Part shown: positions 48,426 to 60,800 of the stretch, in pieces
Layout: the number at the start of each line of letters is the position of its first letter
Position numbering within the stretch: position 1 is the first letter of the stretch
DNA from: Amoebophrya sp. A120
Taxonomy: Eukaryota > Protista > Dinoflagellata
Direction: 5' to 3'
Length of the DNA stretch: 64,000 nucleotides
Assembly (NCBI GenBank): GCA_905178155.1
Contig: CAJINV010000005.1
Location: 5,523,747-5,587,746, forward strand
Translations under genes and position numbers: made by a program
Notes under the pieces: model-generated
Databases searched by the model: none
Seen by the model: only the letters and a program-made list of their open reading frames with translations
Told to the model about the DNA's origin: nothing

Positions 48426-49695
48426 AGGCTCCCTCGCCCGCTATACAATACATCCCTATTTGTTCTTCATTTCTCAAAAGAGAGCTCGCTGTTGTTCGAT
48501 CCCCGTACTACGTCTATATCGTTTTTACTTTTACAACTAGCAGCTAATGACCACATGACATAAGGAATCATCTCTCACCGCTTTTTTTTTTACACTTTCT
48601 TGACTTGGATCGTTTTTCTCATGTTGATCGTTTTCCGCTATCTTGGTCAATCATCTTCCTTTCAGGTTTTTCTTCGAAAGATCACTAGACCACCCGGTAA
48701 ATAAGTAGTCGCTAGTACCGGGTCAAAGTACTTGACGTTTTCAACATTTACACTTTCACCCATTTTGGCATCTTAATTTTTTTCTCTGTTCCAGCTCTTG
48801 ATGGATATAATTGGGCGGAGATAATGTTGAATGAAGTCAAGACCAACAATTTACGTTCGAATCATATAGGTAGAATTCAAACTCATCCGGCAGGAGCGAC
48901 ATCTATTCCGCGTGATTGGGCAAATAGCACTGTTCTTCTTCGCAGCTTTAGGAGCTTTGTCTGATCCATGTGTCTGTTTAGTTTTCTTTGATGTGTCGGC
49001 TCAAGAATCATGGCATGTGCCAGTCCATAGCCCTGGCCGCCTTTGAGTTCGATGCGGAAGAACCCCTTGACATATCGCGCGTGATTTTTCTTGCAGTTTC
49101 GGTACCAGCACACGAGGCTCATGATCTGCTGCATCAAAGCAGAGGCTACTAGTACTGCTCGAGGGCTCAATCTCTGAAAGGTTTCGGCTTTGTTGATGAA
49201 GATGAAAATGGATCTTCTGTTGCAAAATGCACGACGAGTTCTCTAAAACGAGGATCTCGTTGATGATCACAAATTTGGATCGAACACCCCCTGGGAGAAA
49301 TTTTGATCTGTTCGGCGATGGGCGTAGTATTGTTCGAGGAAAACTACATGACAATTGACTCATTTATTTCTGACCATTCTCAGCCCGTTTGGTGAATTCA
49401 CCGTGACGATTTTTTTTCCAAGTTTTCCTTTGTAGTTGAAACAATAAACACGAACAAATTCAAAGTTTTCTTGATTAAACGAATCATCGACTCGCATTTA
49501 CATCCATTTGAAACAAAGAAACAAAGCGCTTTACTTCTCGAAGTCAGCAACATTCGGTTTCTCGCATTGAAGGAAAGGAGATTAGTACAACTCACCGCGT
49601 TCGTTCTGATTTTCTTATTCGATTAAGTTTTTCCGAAGAAATAGAATTCATTGGAATTTCTACAAAAGTTTTCCTTCCAAGAGGATTGAGACAGT

Positions 49696-52600
49696 ATGTC
49701 GGCGTTTTCCAACATTGCACCAAGCCAAGCAACGATCTCGTCTTGTGGAGCAGCTGTTTCCGGTGGTCCTGGTCGTCACGACAAGATGCGGACTCTACCA
49801 CCCAATCTCAAGCTGGCTTGTCGTCTTCTGCTTGCCGCGGACGTCTTGTCTCCTTGTTTCCTTCATCAAGACGGCAACATTTCTTCTTCTCCCACTGGAG
49901 GCCTCTTCGCAACGGGGGTCACTGCGAGAGCGATTGGGAGTTATGCTGACGCGCCCACCTCCTATGCAGGAAACGACCAGGGCCAAGCTCGTGTCCGCAC
50001 CGACGTAGGAGAAGTCTCATCGGGGGAGCTGCTCCGCCCGAACTTACATGCGGACGCAGGGCAGATTGTTCCAGAAGTGCTTGGTCATCCAAAAGACCAT
50101 CTTACTCTTCCACAAGCGTCCGTGGGTGCCGGGTTGCCAGGAAAACCAGCACAAGGTGTTGAGCCAGCTCCCAAGAAGCGGGGCAAGATCCTACCGTTGA
50201 AAAACCAAAAGCTGACCCCCGTCGGTCCCAAGGCCAGCAGCCCCAAGCTCGACGCCAAGCCAGAAATTACTACACCAAAAGACGGCCGCGGTGGCAGGGG
50301 CAGCAGCTCTGACGAGGAATATGTTATGGTCGACTCCATCTCGTCCACGCCAGCAGCGTCAGCGACAAAATCTTCCGCGTCATCTCCTCCGACGCCGACC
50401 GCGTCGGTTGGTGGTGGCCTCGCTTCGCCCGCTCGCAGCAAGAGTCGAAGTAGGAGCAGCAGTAGGAGCTCCCGTAGTAGCAGTTCATCCCGAAGAACTG
50501 CAAATGGAGCAAGACGTTGCTCCCGGTCTTCCTCTTCCTGCCGGGGAGAAAGATCACTCTCGTCCCGCTCTCGTTCGTCTTCGACGGGCAGGAGCGCGGC
50601 TGTAGCAACATCAATCGCCGAACAGCTCAGCAACCTCTTCACCTTTAGCCCACTCTTCCAGAGCCGCGGCGAGGGGGAGCCACTGCATGAGGAGCAGCAG
50701 CCTTTTGCGTATAATTACCAGCCGGGCCTTGCGCACAAAACCAGCCAGCAACAACTGGCCGACTAGTTCGACCAGAGTCAGTACTACCATGGTCACAATC
50801 TCCGCGTGACACACTGGTACAAGAACTACGGCCCGAAGGCACACAGGAAGGACCAACTATTCGAGTATAACGACCACTTGCAATACGTATACGAACATCG
50901 GAACAACGCAGTGAGGGACTATCTAGCGGACATGGCGAAGGAAATCATGAAGACCCTCATGGTAGAAGCCCACCAAGGGAACAAGCTCTTGAAAACAACT
51001 GAGAGAACAGCAGGAGGGGCAGCTCCAGTGCAGAAAAAAAGTACTAGCACCAGACCTACAACAACTGGTGTGAATATGAAACATCAAGCCGTCCTCGCTG
51101 CTAAAAATATCCTCGATAAGCTGCGAGCAAAGAATGACCGCACGCTCTTGCAGCTGTTTGAGACCGACTTTTTCGAACGGAAAGATCAAGATATGGAACT
51201 TGCAGCTGCCCCGGACGAGAAAGGGAGAAAGGGACCACAGCGGGGCCAGGCGTCCCTGGCGTACGCCGATGAAGAGGAAATTCTGGCAGGAAAAGTTGGA
51301 CGTGACGTCGACGGGAAGGGGACACTGAAGCCACCTTCGCTTAATGACATTATCCGGTTGTGTTGGGCACCAGCTGCAGGATCAGGAGAGGAGATGAAGC
51401 GACCGGATGTGGATTTCGGTGGAAATGATCTTCGCGCAAGTGGAGGTCAACAAGATAGTCGCACAAGAGTCTCCTCAACGCCGGCGCGTGCAAGTAGTCG
51501 TCCCAAGCCGCCAGCGCGCATGATTATGCACAACCTGAGTGAAATCCATGACCTCTTCTCCTTCCGGACCCATCCCGCTGTTGTAGATCTTTGGAGGCAC
51601 CTATCAAGTGTAAAAATGTCTGGGTCTGGAAACTTGTGATGCTTTGTGGCATATCATGAGGAGGCCACAATTGCTGGCTCAGCATGACAAGTTTCTGAGC
51701 TTCTAGGTGTTGCCTATTCTGCATGACAAACTACGTTTCTGCATGACAGAAAAGTGGGGCGCTTTGTCAATGTGCATGACAGATTTAAGAGTCATGCCAA
51801 ACAAGCACGACAAACATGAATTCTTCAAGACCCAGACATTTTTACATTTGATAGCACCGCTGCGAAACCGATAGGGAAGGTTTGGTTCAGGACACCCGCT
51901 TGGGCTACGCATTTAGCATCTGGAAGGCGCTGAAAGAGGTGCGGGATGGGGTACTAGTAGGAAACGAAATGATTGGAGGTGGTAGGAGCGCCACCTCTTC
52001 TACTATCGGCGAGGAGATTTTGAAGCACTTGATTTTGAACGGAGAGGCCGACCGAGTTCCTTTACTTGGCAACCTGCAATTGACCTCCGAATGGCGGCGC
52101 ACCTACGATGCTGAGCACGCCTCTGGGCAGCTGTTGCAGAGGCTGGAAGACTGGCACAAAAGATTGGAGCAAGTGTTGGAACAAGAAGGGTCCTTGTCGT
52201 CGTTTTCATTCGCCATGCCGTCGTCTGCTGCGCCGGATGAAGAGCCGGAGGTTATTTCGATTTCCTCTGCCTCTTCGGACTTCGAAGTGCTGAGCAACAC
52301 CAGTGATGCAAACGATGAGCTGTTAGAAGAGTTGGAACGGCTTGCCGTTTTGCCCAAGACTGTCGTGCAGAAACTCAGGCAGATGTCTTCGAGGTGGTAC
52401 CAGCAACCGATCTTGTCTTTCCTTCGCGAGTTGCAGGACAAAATCGAGAGGAATCTGGAGGACCATGTCTTCGCTTTGCATTACGACCAAGTTGGGACTG
52501 ACCACTTTGTCCTGCAATACAGTGCGAAAGAGGACCTTGTTGTGCAGCAACTATCTCAAGCTGCAGCTTCGCGTAAAATAAACGGCGCTACAACCAAGAG

Positions 52601-53803
52601 CATGGACCTTGTGCAATCCGGGTTTGAGCTCCTTCTGGACCAAGTGAAGAGCCAGATGAAGGCCACACGTCTGCGCGAGGGAGACGACGAGGGCGAGGGG
52701 CCCTGGGATCACATGCTCTCTAGAAGTCCTTCAGCGGAGGTCGAGGGAGGCGAGGAAAGTCAAAGTCTTCAGAAGTGGGAAGTGATCGCCGTGGAGCCGT
52801 CGTCCTCCGCGTCTTTCGAAGTGATTCTATACCGCGAGCAAGACAATTTCTCATCATATAATGGTGGTGCCCCGGAGTTTCTGCTGGCCAAGTTGCAGCT
52901 GGTCTTTCTGGAAGACGAGAAGCATGCAAAAATGGTGGAACAAATTCAAGCCATTCCGGACCACAAACGGCATTCCGCGGAGTACTTTCTGCAGAATCCG
53001 GCTGTGGACTTCACGTCGGGCAGGAACCACATGCAGTTTGGGCAGCGTGTGAAACCGACACCGAAGCTATCAAAATGAAAAATCCCCCCACCCCATATCA
53101 AAACGAAGTTTGTGATGCTGGATTTGCGTACACAAATCCGATTTGTCTTGCTGGAGAGGACTGCAGGCCCATATCAAACCTGAGCAGAGAGGTTTTGGGC
53201 TAGGCTCTTAGCAAGAGAAATGTCTGCGCTGTAGGCCCAACAGCATCACAAATCGCCTGCATGAAGCGGCGGAGCCTGTGGAGTTGCCTTCTTGCAAGAC
53301 AGAGATGATTTGTGGTCGCAAATCAGCATGGCAGATTTTCTGCTACGTCGTACCTTTACGATATGGGGAGGGGGCGTTTTTCCTCACAATAGAAGCGAGT
53401 TTCTTGCCCGGCACAAAATAAGCGGTACCAACTGACTGCGGTGAAACTGGAACTCCAGTGGGAGCTTGGTGCTCTTATGATCCCAGGTAAGAGCAAAGGC
53501 GTGTCGGGCCAACATCTGTTTGACAAAGCCGAATACTTACAAAGACGGGAGAAGATACAGAACAAGCGGGGTGGGCTGAAGAAAGGCCAGGAGCTGAATT
53601 ACCCGGCTGCCGATGATGGGATGTTCTGGTCCGATGCGTTCACTGCGTCATTTGTGGTGACACCTACAACTAGTACTCGTGCGGATTCTTCTAGCGATAA
53701 GGTTGTTCGGCCAACTTTCGTAGCACATCAGCACCGCACGGCGTCGGACCTCATGCAGATATTTTCGAAAAAGGGGAAGACCGAGCAGCAGTATCGGTAT
53801 TAG
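49696..53803 (+). CDS. Hypothetical protein (~1173 aa) with SR-rich segment; two introners; one in-frame TAG at 50764-50766
   Basis: ORFs 49696 and 50806 are in the same frame, separated only by one TAG; ORFs 50806, 51882 and 53441 join after removing 51602-51853 and 53068-53391 (1174 codons total). Confidence 0.6.
51602..51853. mobile_element. Introner type A
   Basis: TIR; TSD GCACC. Confidence 0.9.
53068..53391. mobile_element. Introner type E
   Basis: TIR; TSD GAAGC. Confidence 0.9.
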
Positions 53804-54859
53804 GTCCTCGTTGAAGATCTCTCATGGAACACAGACGAAAGTGATCCTTCATTTACCTATAGATACAACTAGGCTACGCGAGTACGAATCAGTATTATAA
53901 TGCTGATGTTTTTTCCGTACTTCTCCTTAGTGATTGAGTAGCACTACAGTACTCCATCCATTTTTTTTTGTTTACAGGCCGCTTCTTCAGGTTTTCTATT
54001 TCTATAATCCTTTAAAATGTTGCACAAGCTGCTTGTGGAGGAGCAGAGGCGACTCTGCTCAATGCAGCACGAAAGCAGAGCCTACTAGTGAGCCCTAAGC
54101 AACGCGCTACCGCGCGATTTTGTTGTAAAGGAAAAGCGGCTCTCCAACAGCTTTGATGTTTTGTTCCCTTTGTTTTGCGGGAAAGAAATCAATGCATGCT
54201 TGAGTCGGATGAAAGAAGCTGAGCAGCTTTATGTAGTTTTTCTGAAAGATCACTTGACTACATTTTATTGCTGTGGTGAGGCGGGTAGTATTTTGATCGA
54301 GGAGATGAAACGACGGACATCATGCAGCCCGTCCAAATCGTATTTGTAGGGTGCTGGATTGAAGAGCAATCGTGTATGATTTTTTACTTTTTTATCCTGA
54401 AGAAGAAGAGCTTGAACTTGTCGTGAAAGAAGTGATGAGCAGGCAGGAAAATGCCGAGGAAAAATCCATCCGACAATCGAGATGAACAAAATTTAGAAAG
54501 TTGCTATTGGAGAAGAAATAGCACTACGCACTTTACCGCTCGCTTAAGGGCGGCTCTACTACACATGCGCAAACGCAAAGAAACCACGTCTCTACAACCA
54601 CTGGGTTCGTATGTGCTGAAAGAATACGTGTTGGGTTTGTAGTTTCATCGTCGTGGACGGACGAGGTAGAATAGACTTACTTTGAGCAGGCTTTTGGTGC
54701 TGCAGCGTGAGAATTTAATACCTGTTGATCAGAGACGAGCGACGAGAGAATAAAAATCTGAGTGTCATGTTCGTTCTAACGCATGTACATGTTCATCACC
54801 TGTGAAAAAAGATCAAGATGTGTTTGATCTGAGTAAAGAAATACAAAACAAAGAAAAAA

Positions 54860-57800
54860 ATGAAGGAGGTTGTCTACGACAACTACCGACCAGACTGGTG
54901 GTCTGCGACTACTGCCACAGGAGAACAACAAGCGACCTCCTCAGCTGGTGGTTCTTCAACATCCGCCTCGGCAACGACCGGAGCAGTACTAGATCCTGCT
55001 ATCGCCTTGGCGGATCAAGATCCCGACGCGGACCTCCCCCGCGATCTGCATCTGTACCTGCATGGCGAGTGGAATTCGGATTTCGACCCGGAGCACAGCC
55101 ATCTCTACCAAGTTGCGAAAGAGATTTACGCGCAGCAGCACCAGGAGAATTTGCGAAAAGAATCCTCCAAACCCTCCGCCATAGAAGCGCAGAACAGAAC
55201 AAAGCGATTGGAACAGGCGGTGGGCGGAACAACAGGAACTAGCCCCACAATTTCTGGTCGTGCTACAGAAGACCACGTAGTTGACCATCATGCTACAGAT
55301 CACGCGAGCTTTGCTCCCGTACAAGTAGCTTCCGACCCAACCCCACGGCGCACGCCCCAAGTCGCGCCAGCGAAGAGCGCGGCGGCACTGGCGATTGAGT
55401 CGCCGCCGGTACCGCCGGGGTTGATGCCGAGTGGGGACCACGAAAGGGGTTCTTTACCACGACCTTTGAAAAGCTTTGCGCTGACAGCAGATGGGGAGCA
55501 TGAGCAAGGGGAAGGGGAATCACTACAGGCCGCACCCAGCGCAACCTCCCCCCTCGCGTCTTCTTTTCAATCTCTGATGCAGGGCTTGGAAAAGGGCCGG
55601 GACGCGCTGCTGCAGGGGTTTGCGGAGCTGAATGCGGGCGGCGGGGACGAGGACCATGCACAGCACTCACCATCAAACTACTTCTCGAAAAAATCCATTG
55701 GAGGTGACTATGGATTGAGCGAGGGGGATCCGATCGTGTTAGCGACCGCGATGAGAACGAACCCGGGTGGTGCATCAACTACAACTATGCCTGCTTCTAC
55801 AACGAAATTAGATTTAGGCAGCACGGTAGATCAGCAACAAGCACCCGGTCGTCCCCCCGGCGCAACCAGCTTGAGCACGAAACTGTCCACAGCGATAGGG
55901 CCGACGCCCTCGGATCTCTCTATGGGGTTCTCAAACTACGTTACATTCTCAACTGTATACATGAATTTCTAATGCAAGAATAGCACAGGTCAGAGGGAGA
56001 GCCTTGCGCGTCTTGCATTACAGATTTGGCGCGGATTCTAGTGCTATTATTTAGCCCTCCGATAATTTGTCATGCGAAGCAGCTTCATCGTCTGGGCGGC
56101 TGGCGGCTCATGGTCATTTTGCATGACAAATCATGCAACAGTTGAGATGAGTGTAACGCTTGAGAGCTCCATACTCTCTCGCCACAGAATCCCGACCAGC
56201 ATCACCGCGGTGTGTTCCCACGCCAGGGAGTCGGTCGTGTTGTTCGAAAAGCAGGGTAGCTCCTCTCGCACCAGCAGTGGTAGTTCGTCGACATCCTCTT
56301 CTACTGTCCCACTATACTGGAGCGCCCCGTCCTGCATGGAGACCCTGCACTGTCCCGCGACAAAATCGAGGTTCGGAGAAAAAGTCGAAAAAGAGAACAG
56401 CGCGGGGTTTGAATTCATCGTGAAAAAGCGAACTTCCTCTGCGGAAAGGAAAGGGATTTCGCCCTCGAATCTTGGTGGGGAACTAGATTTCGCCGGGGAC
56501 AAGGAAAAAAGCTTTCAACTGCGAGATGAAAGTAATGGTGATCATCAAAACGATAGTACCAGTAGACTCGGCTATGGCGCCTTGGCGCTCAGATCGCGGT
56601 CCCCGGATGCTGAAAATGAGGATGAGGGGATATTAAACAACTTCTACCCGCCGCTCACCGAAGACGTCCTTCTCTCCCAGCTCCCTCTGCCGGAGCAGAA
56701 GCAGCAACGCCTGGTAGCGAATGCAACGCCGCAGAAGAAGCTCCCCTCCACTTCCAACGCAGTCGTGCACCAAATTACAACGTCGAAGATCAATCCGGAG
56801 GACCACTTGGCGAGCAACAGCAGCAAGCTCGCCTTGTCCGACTTCCCGGTCTACCATGACAAATCGAAACGAAAAACGGTGGTTGTTGCAGACAATTTCG
56901 GGTCAGTCCATGAGTTTTTCCTACCGCACCACAACGAAGTTAAAAATCCTGTCGCGGATAAACCCGACCCAGATTCATCCGTGGAAATCGGCACGGACAA
57001 CGATTTCTCCACCACAAGAGGATTTTACACGGGCGGGAGGATCATGAATTTCGCGCCGAAGTATTTGAAATCGCAGGAGCAATTTTCCCCAAGTTCGAAA
57101 ATCAAGTACCAGAAAATCTACAAATCCCCCGACTGCCTGTACGCTACGGACGCGACCAGGGGATTAGTGGAGCTGGATTTTAACAAAAAGGAGGTGAAGT
57201 TTCTAAATTGCGTAGAACGTCGTAGTTGTTGCAGGCGGCGGGGGCAGGAAGCTGGTGAAAGAACTACCGGGGTGGACGAGCAGGAGCCGATAAAGACCGG
57301 GGTGGAGGGGATCCGGATGATTCTCAGCGAGTACGACATCGAAGTCGAGGGACACCTGGTGGGACCCTCCTATCTCATGAACAGCGGGATCAAGCTCAGC
57401 TTTCCGACCGGGTTCAAGTGCAAGGAGTTGCTCGAGGCGAAGGAGGCGGTATTCAAAATTCCGAAGGCGAAGGCGGAGTACACGACGTTCCACGATAAGG
57501 TGTGCCAGCTCCTGAAAGCGCGCGCCGAGGAGGCTCTGAAGGGGGTCCGCGATTCCATCGAGCAGGTCCTGGACTACACGAGGAGCATGCAGGAGTTCCT
57601 GAGCCGGGCAAGGTATAGCTACTTAGCATTCACAGCGTGGTAGCTTCTCGCAGCACCTTCTTGATAATACCGCCCGGCGCTCGGCTCGAAAGACCTAGCG
57701 GTCGGCCGGGGCCAGTGCTGGTCGCTGGGTGACACAAGCGCGCCGCCTTTCTTAGCAAAAGCCCGCCGACTTTGGCACGGCCTGGGGCGGTCGGGGCTGG

Positions 57801-60800
57801 TAGCTGTTTCCGTGTGATGGTGATTGGCGCGGCGCAGATCAAAAGCCCGTAGGCTTGGCGCCCTGCTTTTGCACCCAGGAAATGCGCATGGGAACGCAGC
57901 CGGCGACGCAGCGCGCCCTTTTGTAATCTTTCAGCCGTTTCATGTGCTTCGATTTTAGTGTGTGCGCTTCTCTTTTCGCTTTGTGTTTCTCTTGCAACTA
58001 TGGCAAGGGTGGGCAGCCATTCCAATAAAACGACAAAAAACAGCAACCGCGCGATCCGGGACAACCTGGAGATCGCACTGCAGGTCTTCGCCAAGGGATC
58101 GGACGATTACCAGCGGGCGGCCCGCTGCATAGCGTATCTCCGGTACACTACGGAAGAGCTCGACGAGGAAGCGATCCAGGCTGGCGAGGAGGCGAAGCTG
58201 GAGGCGGCCTATCTCAGGAACAATGTGCCCACAAATTACATCTCGCGGCCGCTACTTGCATGCCGGATTCCGTTTTAATGAAAGAGAGCCGTCCTTGTCT
58301 CGTTTTGTGGGCCCGTTTTTCCATTGCATAGGGTGGACACCATCTTTCGGACCGCGTTCGACCGGGTGATGGGGTACGGGTTGTTCTCGGATGCTGGAGT
58401 TGCTATGTCCAAGTTGCGGGAGCTGGTGAAGTACTCGTTCAAGGACATGCTGAATGACACGGACAAGAAGTTGGAGGAGAGCCTGACTTTGATCGACAAA
58501 TACACGACCAACGCAACGAAGTTTCTCGATCAGAATGAGCTGATGTGCCTGACCGCAGTCGCGAAGAACATCACCTCGGCCATCCACCAGAAAAACCGCA
58601 CCGACCGCGTCGACGACAAGGCCGAGAAGGCGACGAAGACCCGGAAGCAGAAGGACGCCGACAAGGCTGCGGTCCCGGCGGCGAAGCGCCAGAAAAACAA
58701 CGCCGGGGCGGCGCGCATCGCGGCGGCGGCCGAACTAGCGGAAGACGAGGACAAACACGGGATTAAGGCCGGCGATGACAAGATGTTTGCGGACTTCTTT
58801 TCCGACGACTTCGCGCCGTCGCCGAGTGGGAAGGGGAAGAGCTTGTTCGCGAGCAAGTTGCTCCAGATCAAGAACAAAACGAAGAAATAAATTCAATAGT
58901 TCCTAGAAGTTTTCCTTAGATAATTGACGAGCCCGAAATTGATTCGAATCAAATCAGCAGGCCGCACCTACACAGCAACAGGCGAAGCGCAAAAGGCTTC
59001 CACCTAGACAGAGCCCGGAAGGAAAGACCTTCAAAAATATCTTAGATCGTTGCGGATGAATTTCTGAGGCTCCTACCCAAGCTAGACAAGTCCGGACTTT
59101 AGAAAGCCAGGGGCGAAACAACTTGTAAGATGAACACGGCGAAACCTGTTTTGGTGGTGCTCCGACATGCTCCGTGGCCGGCGACGAAACCTGCAGGCGG
59201 GCGTCGTTTCATCTGCGCGCAATGAGGGCGTCAAAATTTTAAAATCGCTGATATTAATAAGATCATCTTGGGAACTTGGACCTTTTGAGGGCAGGAAGCT
59301 GGTGAAATAACTACCGGGGTGGACGAGCAGGAGGGGATAAGACACGAAATCGGATTCGCCAACGGGATCTGCGCAACGGACCGGCATGTGTTTTTCACGG
59401 ACAGCATATCCAGGAAGAAACTACACCCAATCCAGTTTATGCATGACATGCTCATGCATGATTTGCATGACAAATTGGATGTGGATGGGCCTTTTTTTGT
59501 GGATACAGCAGCGAGGATATCACGCCGTGGTTGGTGTATCGAGGGAGAAAAGGTGGAAATAAAGCTGATGGAAGTACTAGCTCGAGTAGTGGAACCCAAA
59601 CTTCCTCTACGTCAGGAGCAACATCCACTTCCACTACCCAAAATAGCAGCACATCATCAACCTCCCTCCACCGCTCCTACGCGATCGAAGAGGCCCTCTC
59701 CATGGACATCGCGCGGTGTCAGCCGAAGGGGAGGCTGTTCTGCTACGACAATGAGACGAAGGAGACGGAACTTTTGAAGTCCGGTCTCTATTGCCCAACA
59801 GCGGTAGCCGTCTTGCAGCATCACGGGATAGCGCAGTCGCCAACAGCGCAGTCGAGAAGTAGCAGTCCAAGCATCCCATTCGCGACACAAGGAGGAACTG
59901 CCGTTCTTAACGCTCCTCCTGTGCTAAAAATGGACCCCCACCATGGGCCCCAGGGGCAGTCGGGGCAGGCCGGGGGGAGTACTGGAACATTATTCCAGTC
60001 TCTCGCGCACAATATCAAATGCAAAAATGTCTGGGTCTGGAAGGATGTAACTTGTGATGTTGCATTTGGATTCTACAAAAATCTGTATTGCATGAACAGC
60101 AAAAGAGGCCCAGCTTTTGCGACGGCGAGACGGCATTTCTCATGCGGTATAGGCATCAGGAAGCCATCACAAAATCTGTGATGCTAGGTCATGCATCACA
60201 GACATCAGGAGTCATGCGAAATGTGAATGACAAACCTTGAATCCTTCCAGACCCAGACATTTTTGCAGTTGATACACAAGATTCACCAGCAAACTGCTTT
60301 TCTGTTGATCGCGGAAGCGTCGATATCCAAGCAAAAAGTGTGTAAGTGTAACTTTTTTGCAGAAACAGCATCACAGATTTGTTTTGCATGACAGAGACGA
60401 GAACCTGTGATGCGTAGCTAGTACGCGAAAACACGTATGAAAATTATAGCCTCTGATGCACATCCAGCATGACAAGTGTAACTGTATTGCAACGTCCGCA
60501 ACATAAAGCTACAGTTACGCGCGTGTTTTCTTGCATACTCAAAATTGCGGATTGTGAAGTTCAACGTGGTCACGAGAGAGATCGTGTTGGTCATTGCGGA
60601 CAGATATGAATCGCAAATATGTCCGGGTCTGGAAGGAAGATGCAAGGTTTGTCATGCTTGTCTGGCATGACTGAAAAGTTTGTAATGCGTGTCCAAGAAG
60701 AGAGCCTTTTGCTTGTCATGCAAGCCGCACTGTTTGTCATGCGGAAAACGCAACACGAAGCCGCGCAAATATTTTTCATGCTTGGCTGTGCATTACGGAG

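Noticed and set aside
48760-48769. CCATTTTGGC resembling the core of the dinoflagellate spliced leader
   Set aside because: Only 10 nt match, the flanks do not, and it lies ~900 nt from the next start codon; compatible with chance.
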